NCBI GenBank assembly: GCA_964016885.1
Contig: OZ024743.1
Coordinates: 360,158,001-360,222,000 of the forward strand
Reading direction: 5' to 3'
Source of the DNA: Eledone cirrhosa
Lineage: Eukaryota
Length of the DNA: 64,000 nt
A program made the translations under genes and the position numbers. Below are positions 12,817 through 26,182 of the stretch, in pieces (position 1 is the first letter of the stretch; each line of letters starts with the position of its first letter). The notes beneath the pieces are model-generated. The model saw only the letters and a list, made by a program, of their open reading frames with translations. It had not been told where the DNA came from and did no database searches.

Positions 12817-15690
12817 CTATAGCACCTCTTTGTAGACGATATTGCGTGTTATCCCTTGAGGAGTGTAAGCAAAAAGTCCATTCCTGCTCCCTACGCGGGA
12901 ACAGGCATGGGAGAAGCATGGCTCCCCCAAAAGGATCCCCGCCACCGACAATGTTTGCCCTTGTGACTTGTTAATGGACATGACAAAACATGGTCTCACC
13001 GGAAATTGCGATCGCCGGAAATCGAACGGAATATCTGACGCCGAGGTTCATCCTTGGAATGAAAACATTCTCCCCTCTCCCGCACCCCGCTACAATGGTG
13101 GCCTCAATCAAGTGGGGCGTCAGTGACTTGACGACCATGCGAGTACCGTTGCACTGCTTTGGTGGACGCAGGTTCCTTATTAGCATAATGGGATAGCCAA
13201 CCCTAAGATTAAGAATGAATGTGGGGTGGAAGTCCTGGGGGCTCAAGGGAGTTTAATAACTCAACCGGATAATTAACGATATCATCGGGGTCTGACGTCC
13301 GGTCGATATATTTGAAGATGTGTTCTTTACCGGGAATTTTCTCAATCAGCTGCTCGTTAATAACATTAACCATGGTATTTTTCGGAGCAAGGATGGCTCT
13401 TTCGCTGAGCCAATCGAGGTTTTTAAAGTTAGATGAGACATTAGGAAAAACTTCTTTCCAAAGGTCAGAAGGGGTGCTCACAATGTTGTACAGGGAGTCG
13501 ATTACTATGCCGCCCTTGTCATCTGCAGGGACCTTGCCCTCACCAAGTGCTAAACTATTCTGAGCAAATGCTGCAGACATATTGTCACCATGCAAATGAG
13601 CACGCATATTTTTGCTCAGGTACAAACTCTTCACCTGGATCCACAACATGGACGCCTTAAGACAGGCACGCACTTCATCAGCTCTTGTCCCTTTGGGGAT
13701 GACAGGCAGCGTTTGCCGAAAATCCCCTGATAGCAGAAGGGTTACGCCACCCATAGGAGCCGTAGAATCCCTAATGTCTTTCAGGGTCCTGTCCAATGCT
13801 TTGTGTGCCATTCTGCACTCATCCCAAACAACGAGGCAACATTTTTTGAGAACCAGAGCTTTGTGTGAACTCTTGCTGATATTGCATGTGGGTATCTCAG
13901 TTTTTACTAAATCCAAGGGGAGTTTAATGGTTGAATGTGCTGTCCTGCCTCTCGGCAGCAAAGTAGCAGCTATCCTGGACGATGCAACGGCAAACGCAAT
14001 TTTTTTTCATGAAGAATCTTAGCGAGAATCAATTTCGTTACATAAGTTTTTCCGGTACCCCAGGAGCATCGAGAAAGTAAATACCCCCAGTCTGATTTTG
14101 AACCGCGTCAATGATAGTTAAATAGGCCAACCTTTGGTCCGACAGAAGTTTGGGCTCATTTTCCTCTAAGCATTGGGAAAGAGATTCGATGTCATATGCT
14201 GTTTCCCGCAACAAATCCGGGGCCAACGTGTTAGCTTCCTCTATGACGTTTGACGGCAAGCCATACGTCGCCAACTCACTCCCACCCATGTCGAGGAGGG
14301 CGTCCTCGATATCAATGAGTGCCCTGTTGTAGATAATGTTGCTGTAACGAACTTCCACTGACGTATACTGCAGATGAGCCGAGCGCAGGAAGTCCTCAGA
14401 CATGAAGTCTCTGTACTTGACCCATAAAGATTTGGGATCGCCCAATTCACACTTTTGAAGCAAAATAGCAAAGAGTTCCCGTAGACCTTTAGGTGATTTT
14501 AACAAAGCACCCTCTGCTAAAGTTGACTCCCATTGCGAATCATCTTCCAAAAGACCACGCTTAAAGCAGGCTTCCCGGTACGTATCACATATTTCTCCAT
14601 GGGCCTACAACTTCATGCAGAAGAAGGCGGAGATGAAAGCACTCATGCTGTCTTGGGGGCACAGTGTAAACTCTTCCAAGACAGCTGTCAAATTTTACAC
14701 CAGGATGTCTTTCAGCAGCCTGACCTGAATTTCTTCGCACCCAAGTATTTTTTCGACTATATAAAGTAGGATGGAACCAGGGAGTACACAATTGTTTGCG
14801 CAAATGTATCGAACTGGCAAAGTTTGAAGAAACCCGCCAGAGTGGTCTCTTTCGGATCGGCGGCCAACTTGGCGGCGGTTTGGTCCGTAAAGTAAAACCT
14901 TTGCCCATTTTCCAAATGTAACGCAAGTTGTACGATGGCGGCGTGACGTTGGTGTAGGGGTAAACCAAATAGGCGCCAAAAAGCTTCATTGTTACTGATG
15001 TACCGCCCCGCCAGGTATTCTGTGAATTCGTCCCTGCTATTTTCAGCTTGAAATGCGAACATTGCGGCATCAGAGCCCTTATTTACATATTTGCATATGT
15101 ATTTTATCGACTTGACAGAGTTGCAAAACTCAACGTTGATATGGGCGTTGAACATCTTCAAGAGAAGCGGGCAGTAAGGAACCACCCATCTATTGTCGAC
15201 TTGACCTCCCTTACTGTTGTGGTGAAGCCACCGTTCTCGGGCCGTCTCCGCCTGTACAGGGGGTACCCGTCGCCACCAGTCTGAGTCTGGTCAACAAATA
15301 TTTTTTGGGTATCCCTTACTGCACGACCCCCCCCCCCCCCTTCAGACACGTGTGATGCTCATTAGGACCCGACGCACATGGACCATGAATCATGTTACCT
15401 TTGACGATGTCATGTAATTCCTGGTCAGTTGCTGGGTTAGGGATTTCAGCAGAAATGAAGCTGTTTATGGCACTTGAATTGATTTTATCAGCTAACCAAA
15501 TCAAAATGTCAGCATGTGGCAGCCCTCGTTTTTGCCATTAGGCGGTGAACATGTCACATTTTATAGCCCCAAATACCTGACCCTTTTTGATTAAAACCAT
15601 GAGTTTAGCCAGTTTCAGTTTGAACACTCTGGCAATGAGGTCATGTCTGTTCGAATAATTTTGCCCAGGAAAAAGTTCACTGGTTACATT
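12817..15690 (-). pseudogene. Helitron Rep/PIF1-helicase pseudogene
   Basis: Frameshifted fragments WQKRGLPHADILIW (HUH motif with H>D), MIHGPC, SIKYICKYVNKGSD, FLDAPG, GRTAHS, GDFRQTLPV, ILAPKN, CNGTR and INKSQGQT. Confidence 0.92.
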
Positions 15691-15789
15691 CCGATTCATA
15701 TGTCTATAGCATTAATCTGTTATATGAAGTGTTATTTTGAGGGTTGTTATTTGCAATAAGCCGATTGAAAATGCCCCAGATAAGCCGTA

Positions 15790-16075
15790 TGTCAATACGA
15801 AACGCTCCACAGCAGTGTTGTCATATAGTGAGTGAAGAGCGACAGAGAGAGTAAAGCTGTTAAATTATAGAGAGGGGGAATATACGGAACGCTCCATTTG
15901 ATCATAGACATTTTTTCTCTCTCTGCAGTGTTGTCATATAGGGAGTGAAAAGCGACAGAGATTAAAGCACTTAAATTATAGAGACGGGGAATATACGAAA
16001 CGCTCCATTTGATCATATGCATTGTTTCTCTCTCTGCAGTGTTGTCATATAGGGAGTGAAGAGCGACAGAGAGTT
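15790..16075. repeat. ~120-bp tandem repeat (~2.5 units) inside the Helitron
   Basis: 'gcagtgttgtcatatagggagtgaagagcgacagag...ttaaattatagag..gggggaatatacg.aacgctcca' repeated. Confidence 0.75.
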
Positions 16076-17017
16076 TGTTGTTTTATAAATTCCTCTGTTG
16101 CTTTTGAATATTTGTTATTTGATGTAAAATGTAACTGTGTAAAATGTAACGTTGAGAGAGCAGTATGTATTTAGTGTTATCAGCTTTTTAAATGTTGATA
16201 TTTGATGTATGAGTGTCGTTATGACTGTTTGTTGTTGTATAAAATGATGTGTTGCTTAGTTATCAAAGTTTTTTTCGCGTTCCCAAACGAATAGGGGGAG
16301 TGTTCTATTATATACAGAGAGAAGAGCGACGGATAGAGTGAAGCTAGTGTTAAACCTCGAAGAATGAAGAGAGTAAAGCAGTTAAATTATAGAGAGGGGG
16401 AATAATCTATTGTAGAGAGAGGGAAGAGGGACGGAGAGTGTAAAGCTATGGTTGTTGTGTTGCTTAGGTTTCAAAGTTTGTGTCGCGTTCCTTCAAAAGA
16501 ATGTTCTCGTTGTTCTAAATTATAATGGTGATAGAGTAGTAGACGGAGGTAACCTTTTAAAGAGAGTTCCAGAGGAGATTGAGGGGAGGAGTAGAGAGAG
16601 GGATGAACCTTTTAAAGAGAGTTGTAGAGGAGATTGAGAGTGGAATAGAGGAAAGGATGAACCTTTTAAAAGAGTTGCAACATGTATGTAGTTTCATATA
16701 TTTTTGATGGTAGTAGTGAGAGGAATGAAGCGTGTAAGAGAGAGAGGGTTTCAGCATGTGTTTAGTTTTATCGATTTATTTTCATAGAAACAGGAGATAT
16801 TTGGCAAAAATAATTACGCGATGACCTGCCCTTGTAAATTTGAAGCACGTTGGAAAAGGAATCATCAAAATCGCAAGAGAAATGTGCAAATGCATAAAAA
16901 TCATACACACACACAGACATACATCTACCGTTTAATATATGTAGAGATACATGTATATATAGCGGCGATGAATTAGTTTTGCGAGGTTTTTTATATGAAA
17001 TCGTGTGTCGAAACAGA

Positions 17018-18098
17018 TATTGTTATACTTGCGGAGGGTCATATTTGCGTAATATTGCCAGAATTAATAACAGAACACACTCACTGTTTGGTGGGTTTTC
17101 GCTTCTCGCTGTCTTTTATTATATCTGCGATCTAACTTACTCGGTCCTCAATGTTGCCATTGACTGACCGGCGGTCAAAAATAATACAGATACAATATAG
17201 ACACAAACACATATATATATATATAGTTTACATAATTTACATAAATCTTTCGTTGCACATCTGCAACATCGTCAGTGGTGTTATATTCATTGTTCCTCCT
17301 GTTGTGTTGTATGTCTACGCCATTTTTTTTAAATTCAGTCTGTCTATATATTTATTTATTTATTTGCTTGTTTGTTTATCTTATTTTATTTTGTCTTCTT
17401 TGCGCGTGCGTTTGCGTGTGTGTATAGTGTTATGTGTGATGTGTGACTAGTGTGTATAGTGTTGTGTCTGCTGGGTGACTAGTGTGTGTTTATGTGCATG
17501 TTGTTATTGTGCTTGTGTATGTATTTATTTATCTTATTTTATTTTATTTTATTTACTTATTTATACTTCTCTTAGGTCAGTGTTGTTTGTTTGGGTGTTG
17601 TTGTTGTTCCACTCATTCTTTCTGTTTAGCTTTGGTCTTCTAATTTCTATTTCACTGGCCTCTCTGATTTGCCTATCTGCTGGGTCATTCCTATGTTTAT
17701 ATATTATTCTAATTTCTATGTTGTCTATGTTACCGTCATGTTGTTGTCTAGCATGTTCGTATAGTACTGACCCGTTTTTTCGTCCTTTTAGTTCCCCCCA
17801 GTGTTAGTCTATCCTTTCACCTATGCTACGAGCTGTCTCACCTATGTATGTTGTTGTCATGTTTCTGCAAGTACCCTCTGTACATCTTATGCTATAGACT
17901 ACGTTTCTAGTTTTACAGTTTATCCGGGGGTTCACCTTACATATGATACACTTCCTATTGGTACAGTGGGTTTTCTTAAGTTAGTTCGCAGATATAATAA
18001 AAGACAGCGAGAAGCGAAAACCAACCAAACAGTGAGTGTGTTCTGTTATTAATTCTGGCAATATTACGCAAATATGACCCTCCCCAAGTATAACAATA
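17018..18098 (-). mobile_element. PLE-derived non-coding element with ~113-bp inverted termini (family also at 46500-46870 and 49372-49686)
   Basis: Inverted ends 17018-17130 and 17986-18098; hammerhead at 17237-17280. Confidence 0.78.
17237..17280 (-). ncRNA. Type I hammerhead motif
   Basis: CTGACGA-t-GTTGCA(gatg)TGCAAC-GAAA-gatt-TA; the core is identical in three dispersed copies and stem I is weak. Confidence 0.65.
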
Positions 18099-18230
18099 CA
18101 TGTATATATATATATATATATAAATATATGTGTGTGTGTGTGAATAGTATAGTGGTAGCTATAGTGCTTCCGTAGGTGGTATGCCAAAATTAGCACTCGA
18201 TATTCATCAGAGTAGAGTGTAGAAATTATT

Positions 18231-18437
18231 TAAAAAAACGAAAAATAAGTGATGCATCTGGACTTATCACTGATAAAATTTGCTCCGGACATAACAGACG
18301 TGTCTGAAAGAACCCGCAGAAGTAGAATCAGCCAGATCAATTACAAGGACCATGACTCGAGCTACATGCTGGCGAAACATTTGTAACACGAAATAAACTA
18401 AGTCCAGATGCATCACTGATTTTTCGTTTTTTTTTAT
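18231..18437 (+). mobile_element. ~200-bp fold-back element with hammerhead-like motif (18299-18390)
   Basis: 35-bp inverted ends; cgtgt-CTGAAAGA-...-GAAA-CATTTG-TA-acacg. Confidence 0.62.
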
Positions 18438-18438
18438 A

Positions 18439-18508
<70 letters not shown>

Positions 18509-18594
18509 GTATATATACGAATACACACACACACACACAAATACACACACACACACACACACCGACACACATATACACACAGACACACACTCAC

Positions 18595-18627
<33 letters not shown>

Positions 18628-18703
18628 TATATATACATATATATACATGTTATTATATATATATATATATATGTTTATATATATATATATGTGTATATTT
18701 ATA

Positions 18704-18755
<52 letters not shown>

Positions 18756-19202
18756 CACACATATATTGAATGTATGCGCAAAGACTGATGCGATAGAAAA
18801 AAAAACAATTTTAGACGTGGTGATATATTACGTCGTTCTGAATGTTTGAACTGAAACCCATAAAACTTCATATAACAGCCAAATAGATTTTAAGATAATC
18901 ATTTGCATATTTAAAGTCTCATTTCTTCTAGCCTCACCAGTACGTGGCAGTTGTAAGATGTAATATATATTAAGAAAGAGATTTTGAAATTTCATTTCAA
19001 CATATTTTAAACGTATTCACTTGTAACACCTGTTTCTCAAATAGCCAGTTCTGACATATAATCAGGTGTAATCACAACGTCTCTGGAATCGGTTAAAGTT
19101 GAGCTCAATTTTTGCGCGTCAATATTTAATAAAAAATTCTGCAATTCACATATTACTTGCAAAATAGAAGATTATAGAATTGTATCGAATACATACATAC
19201 AC

Positions 19203-19304
<102 letters not shown>

Positions 19305-19345
19305 ATATATATGTGAATATATATATGTATATATATATATATACG

Positions 19346-19448
<103 letters not shown>

Positions 19449-19450
19449 AT

Positions 19451-20005
19451 ACCTATGCAAAGTAAACAATTTACCACATTCTGAGAAGTGGTATGAGCAT
19501 AAGCCAGAGACGGTGATAGAAAATGATCAGGTGAAGGTGCTGTTGGATTTTAGGATACAGACGGATAAGAAACTGGAACACAATAGACCTGACCTGGTGG
19601 TTTTGGACAAGGAATAAAAATCGTGCCTGATTGTAGATGTAGCCTGCCCATTCGACACGTGAGTGCAAGAGAAGGAGAGGGAAAAAATTAACCGATACCA
19701 GGACTTAAAATGGGAGGCAAAAAGGATTTGGAACTGCCATGAAGTCAGAGTCGTCCCGAATGTCATATGCGCACTACGTACTATCTCAAAGAGTTTCCAA
19801 GGATGGTTAAAGAAAATTAGTCCAGCCCCGCTTTTTGGAACACTTCAAAAGATATGCTTGCTGGGAACAGCAAGAACCCTCCGATACGTCCTGAATATCT
19901 GAGGCTGCAGGTAGTGGCTTGATATTCATTTCAACAAACTTTCCAGTTAATGACTGAGACTCAAAGAATAACAACAACAATAATAATAATAATAATAATA
20001 ATAAT
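19451..20005 (+). mobile_element. R4/Dong-type non-LTR retrotransposon 3' fragment (restriction-like endonuclease)
   Basis: [53 protein letters not shown]. Flanked by (AAT)n on both sides and contains stops. Confidence 0.85.
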
Positions 20006-23000
20006 GCTTTCTTTATTAACCACAAGGGTTTACACAAAGTAGACATTAAGGACAGTACAGGACAATACAGGACGGTACAAATGGGCATTTCTTAGTGTAA
20101 AAAACAAAAAAAAACAGAGGACGTAATAAAAGAACAATGAAAAATTCCCCAATAGGGGGGGAGACTTCCGAGGGCCATCTTGGAGAAAGCCCATTAAAAA
20201 AAAGCCACGGTGACCCTGACCATCAGGGCAATTGTCCTCTCCCAGTTTTCCACGTTCAATTTACAGGCATATACTCAGAGTAGGTCCACTCACTCGGGCC
20301 ATTCTTGCCTTTCTCACCCATCTTTCAACAAAAAGCTGGGAAGAGAGCACCTCCCTCTCTACCATGATTTTCCTTTTCAAATGAAATTGGAAAAAGTTAA
20401 TCAGGGCATCACTGAAGAGGTAAGTGTTCGTCTTCAGCCCTTTCAGACGCGTGCACCATACTATCTCTTTCGCCATGGCCACCAAGCAGAAAAAAACTGC
20501 CTGCCCATCCCGGCTAAAAGGAAGAGAACGGGGCAATCCTCACGATGGACTCAGCTGATAGTCGGATCCGTTCTACACGCGAAAGCAGGTGTTCGACTTA
20601 AAGCCACAAGTCAGCAATGCTCGGACACTGGACGAGTGCATGCAGGACAGTTTCGTCTCCCTGCGCGCATCTTGGACATGCCCGGCTGACGGCACCTCCG
20701 AGGCCAGGGATTTCTGGAAGTTGTCCATAGGCCCCGGCCCGAAAGTTCTTCCAAAGGGATTGGCTAGTTGATTTTCGTCGACGCCTAGAGTTTCCCCAAG
20801 GAAGTCGTCGCTCTTCCCCTCCACTAATCCTCTATAGAACGCCAAGGTGGAGTATCCACCCATCATATTGCCCGATTGGTCGAGGGCTGTGAGCGCCTGA
20901 AGACATTCCAGTCTCCAAGCGCTCTCTCTCGGTCTTCGCTAGACCCAGGACTGCAGCTCCGTCAAGGAGATGAGCTGGGGAAGACGCGTCTAGCAAACGG
21001 CGACCACACCTGATCACCGTCGAGGAAGAGGTGGAGATGTCGTAGCCTGAGCGCGTGTCTGCACATCATTAGCCACGGCATGCCCAGCCTTCCACGTAGC
21101 GGGTGTTGACAGCAGATGGACCGCCTGACCATCGGAGCGCGTCCCTTCCACAAAAAGCGAAAGAGCAAACGCTCCAGCGCAGTCAGGCGAGGCTTAGGAA
21201 AAGGCACTACGGTCAGGCGGTAGTAGATGACGGACATGATGTACGCGTTAGCCACCTCCGCTCAACCTTTCAGGGATAGCTTCCTCTCCGCCCATTTCTG
21301 GGTGAGAGAAGCCACCCTGCTCGTCACCTAGTCCCAGTTTTTGTCCAGCTGAAGGTCCGGACCGAACCAGACTCCTAACAATTTAACTGGTCCGTCCGTC
21401 CGTCCAGCGCCCGACGATGCCGTTGGACGGCATGGATCTGCCTCTCCAAGTGCCAAGCTGCAGGCCCACCGACTTTTCCTGGTTGGTCATTGCTCCTGTC
21501 ACCGCTTCGTATTCTCTTAATGTAGTGCCGATCGCCTCGATGTGTTTGGCGTTCGACACCACTACGGTGACATAATCCGCATATGCTGACACGGATCTTC
21601 CGCATCCTAGTTCGCGCGGGAACACCTCAACGTCTCTAGTTTGTGCAGTAATGGCTCGAGAGTCAATACGTTCAAGAGGGACGAGAGGGGACATCCTTGG
21701 CGGACCGAGCGCATGATGTTGAAGTCCCGAAAGGTGACCGTTCACTATCACCACAGAGCAGATGTCGCTGTGCATGGCATCGATCCAGCCTCTGAAGATA
21801 GGCCCAAAGCCAGCCGCCCTTAGGACTGCCGCCAGACTGATCTAAATTGATCAAGGACACCCGTGCCAGATTCCCTAGCTACCCTCTCCACGCTGTATCG
21901 TATGAGGTGGAGGTTGCCGTGGATGGATCTATCGGGAATGGCGCATCACTGCGCCTCTCCTACCAGACCACCAACGATAAGCGCCAACCTCTTTCCTAGC
22001 ACCTTGGCCAAAATCTTGAACTCTGTGTTTAGCAGAGTTATGGGCGTGAAATTATCTATGTTATCCCCCTTATTCGGATCCTTTTTGAGCAGCACCACCG
22101 CTCCTCGGCTCACAGAGCTGGGAATTCTCCCGTTCTGTTGCCAGTTGCAGTAGACGTCCGCCAAGAGGCCTCCGAACAAGTCTGGCATCTGTACGTAAAG
22201 TTCATAGGGCAGACCATCCAAACCAGGCGATTTACCCCTTGTGCAGCCAATCATTTCCTCCCGTACTTCAGCTGCTGTTATCGGCTTTTCGTAACACTCC
22301 GTCTCAGTGGCCGAGAGCCGCGGCAGTCCGTCGAGGTAGACACTAAAGTCCATCGCTCGATCGGGCACTCCGCTTCCCCGAACAGCTGAGCGAAGGGTCG
22401 CTGAAAAGCTTCACACATTTGCCCTGGATCGAGTAGCATGAGGCCGTCGTGCTCCACCAAAGACCGGATCGTAGCTGTGTTGCCACGACGCGCCTCCGTC
22501 ACTCCGGCCCATTCAACGGCTTCCGTCCCCTCATGTCTGAGAGCACGCACCCTAGCTCTGACAACGCAGCCTTCGTGCTTTGCATTGATGAATTGGTCAA
22601 GGTCCAATTTAGCAGCAAGTACGTCGTTCGCGATGCCTTTGCTAAGCGCCTCGTCTAATTTTCTAACTAGTTCTCACTCTGCTCTATTTTTCTCTATTGC
22701 TAAAGCCTTACTAAACCTAATGGACTCTGTTCTAATCGCTCTTTTCAGAGCAAAGCACCACTTATTGTTGACGATGGCCCCCGTCAACGCCCGCTTAACT
22801 AGTTCGCTAATCCGGCCTCTGTAGGCCTTGCGCGCTGGTAATGAGGTTTTAGCTTCCAGTAGCCGGGTCCTTGTCTATGAAGCGTATCTAAGTCAACCAC
22901 ACAGATAAAAAATGTGTGGTCCGTGTAGCTGACTATCTTGAATTGTGGACAGCCTATATATTTCCCTACAAAATACTCTATCGAGATATGATCTGGATGA

Positions 23001-23208
23001 CCCGATACCGTTTGTCCAAGTCCACATTGGCACATTCGGGAAATCCAATCGGTACCTGTCAGACAGTTCAAAACGCCTGAACAGGTTGGTGAGGCTCTTG
23101 CACCCTCCTCCCCTATCCGCTAATCCCAAACAGTCCCAGCGTGCATCTAAGATCCCGTTCCAGTCGCCCACTAACACTAAAAAGCGGGACGTTCCAAGAA
23201 ACGTCTAG
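20006..23208 (-). mobile_element. Tx1/L1-clade LINE, 5'-truncated and decayed copy of the 25971-31993 family
   Basis: Frameshifted ORF2 fragments are collinear with 28312-31731. The 3' end AATAAAGAAAGC abuts (ATT)n. Confidence 0.92.
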
Positions 23209-25931
23209 ATAAATGCGCCAAAGCAACGTTCGCCAAGGTTTCCTGGGATTTGCGATAAGCAATCATACGAGATATCACCAAGTCACAACCAGTGACCTCA
23301 AGAGACAACAAGGTCCGCCATATTCAAGAAAGAACATACATACACACACATGCATCTTTAGGTGTTTAGACTTGAGATGTACTTATATGGACAGAATCTT
23401 TCTTAGTATATGGGCAGTTCCCATTAGTACTATCTTTTGTATTTCTCCTATACGCGGGTTTCCTGGGATTTGCGATAAGTAATCATTAAGCCCCTTAGGT
23501 ATCATTCCTAGAGCGCCTACAACCACTGGTTTTGTTTTAGTTCTCAATTTCCACATTTTTCAAATTTCTATCTCCAGGTCCTTATACTTGCTCAATTTTT
23601 CAAATGTTTTTATAGATACATTCTTGTCTATTGGAACAGACATATCAATTAGCAGGCATCCCCTATTTTTAAAGTCCTTCAGTATTATATCAGGTCTATT
23701 TGCATCTATTTTTCGGTTTGTTTGGATGCTAAAGTTCCACAAGATTGAGATGTGATCTTTTTCAATTATGGGAGGTGGTTGATGCTCCCACCAATTCTTT
23801 TGATGAGGCAGGTCAAAATGCTTACACATTATTCAATGTATGTATTGTGCAGCTCTGTCATGCCTGTTTAGGTATTCGGATGGAGCTATAGGATTGCACA
23901 TTGAAATTATATGATCAATGGTCTCGGGTTGATTTTACATACACGGCATAATAGTTTACATCCATTTTTTATTATGTTGGGTCGGTAATTTTTTGTTGGC
24001 AGACACTGATCTTGTGCTGATATAATTAGTGCTTCAGTCTCCGATTTCAGTCCAGAGGATGCCAACCACTGATGGGTTAAAATTTTGTTAACATCAGGAT
24101 TGTTAGCTCTTTCTGGGTATTTTCCATTTCTTAGCCAGTTTCTGTAGCAGTTCTTTCTCTGTAGATACTTTTACCTGCTTTGCTTTTTCTGTGTTTTTAA
24201 TTTCAGCAGTAAATGGAACTTCTGAAATTTGTAGTCCATTACTGTATCTTTGTGCATCTTTTGTAATGGAGTATGATCTTTTGATGCTTTCCTGTTTCAA
24301 AAGGAGTTTGATCATCGAATCATGTGATTCCCTTAGATATGTAGATAATCCAATTGTTGCGGTTTTCAACGCAATATCTACCTTAATTAACACACGTCCT
24401 CCTTCTTTCCTGGGGAGATATATTCTATCTGTATCTGCCTTAGCGTGATGCATTCTGTGCATGGTTAACATTTTTTTATTTTTGTATCGAGCCTACGGAT
24501 CTCTGTGCTTGACCAGTTGATGACATTGTAACTGTAAGTTACTACTGGTATGGCAAGCGTGTTTATGGCATCGGTCCTATTCCTTCCATTAAATTCCGTT
24601 CTTAAGTTTGCTCTTACTCTGCGGTAAAATTCCTTCCTTATCCTTTCCCTCATTGTCGAGTACTTGATTCCATCTCCTTCACAAATACCTAGATATTGTA
24701 AGTTTCCCCTTGATCAAATTCTCTTATTACATTCCTGCGATCAAGATTAATGTCTGAACTTTTCAGCAGCTTTCCTCTCGTGAATATTGCTTTGGCGTGT
24801 TTATCTAGTCCAAACTCCATTTTAATGTCATCACTGAACTGCTTCACAGTGGATAACAGCCCTTGCAACTGTTCATCATTTTTTGCAAATAGTTTCAGGT
24901 CATCCATGTAGAACAAGTGATTAATGGTTTTGTCATAGACTTTATATCCATGTTTTGTTTCATTGAGCACTTTACTTAATGGTATAAGTACGATGCAGAA
25001 TAAAAGCGGTGATAAAGAATCACCCTGAAAAATTCCACAATTAACATTAACTTCTCCAGGTTCCAGTGATTTTTTTTCACTATTCAAAAGGAGTGTCGTT
25101 TTCCATGTCTTCATATTGAATGACAGGAACCTCCTGACAACGGGAGATATTTTGAAAATCTCTAAACATTTTTCAATCCAACTGTGTGGCAAACTATTGA
25201 ATGTTTTTTTATAATCTATCCAAGCAATTGATAGATTTTTGTGTCTAATATGACAATCTACCAGTATCATTTTGTTAACCAAAAGCTGATCTTTACAGCC
25301 ATATGAGCCTCGTTTACACCATTTCTACTCATTGGAAAATAGATCATTTGTTATCAGGTGATCATATGTATATTCAGTTAGGACTGATGTTAACATTTTA
25401 TACATTGTGGTCAAGCAAGTTATCGGTCTGTAATTTTGAGGATTGTTTGTCTCATCATTCTTCGGAAGTAGGAATGTAATGCGGTTCACTAGCCATGATG
25501 TTATCTTTTCTGGCTTCTTAACTATTTGATTGTAAAATTGGGCTAACAGCTCATGAGACTCTGTGAAGGCATTTATCCAAAAATTTGGTATTTTGTCTTT
25601 TCCTGGGGATTTGCATTTGATGGTTTTTCTAAGAGCCATAGGCAACAGTTCAACTGTTATATTTTACCATGTTTGTTCCTCAAGGTGAGCTGTATCTTTC
25701 ATTTATATGTATATCCATGGGGTATGTATATTATGAACTTTTTTTCGGCCCAGATCTTTTCCCAGAATTCTTGCACTTCCTCCTTGGGTGGTATTGATTT
25801 AGCAGTTATTGTTGACTTGCAGCTTGGCAGACACTTTTTGCTTGATTATTTCTATCAGCATGTCTATGTCACTTGTTGATTTTATACTGTATTTTCTTTT
25901 TATTATTTTATACTGTATTTTCTTTTTATTA

Positions 25932-25940
<9 letters not shown>
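23209..25940 (-). mobile_element. R4/Dong-type non-LTR retrotransposon, 5'-truncated pseudogene (RT + CCHC + REL endonuclease)
   Basis: [69 protein letters not shown]. The 5' flank is (AAT)n in the element's sense. Confidence 0.9.
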
Positions 25941-25969
<29 letters not shown>

Positions 25970-26182
25970 GAATGCCATGGTTGACGGAGGCTCGGCTCTG
26001 TAAGGTATAGTAATTTTTAACCGTTAAAACAATTGTAAATTGTTTAAAACTTGAACCAAATTGTTGATAAAGACACCCTCCTCCTCGTGAGAGGGGTCTT
26101 TCTGTCCGTTATTTGGCCCTTCGGGGTTAAATAACCAGTTATTGGGGTTTTGTACCCAAAATTTCATTTTAAACAAAAAAAC

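Larger units (their letters stand above)
12501..16947 (-). mobile_element. Helitron, internally deleted, both termini present
   Basis: 5' A|TCTCTACATATATTAAA at 16947; 3' imperfect hairpin cccaagcaacgccggg plus CTAG|T at 12501; Rep and PIF1 helicase remnants between them. Confidence 0.9.

Noticed and set aside
17018-18098. MITE / DNA transposon with TIRs
   Set aside because: Other copies carry only one end, the element holds a hammerhead, and arm lengths vary among similar elements, which fits PLE fold-back better.
26150-26182. TTG start of the 708-aa ORF1 given in the track
   Set aside because: The context is eukaryotic; the ATG at 26183 is conserved in copy 2 and is preferred.
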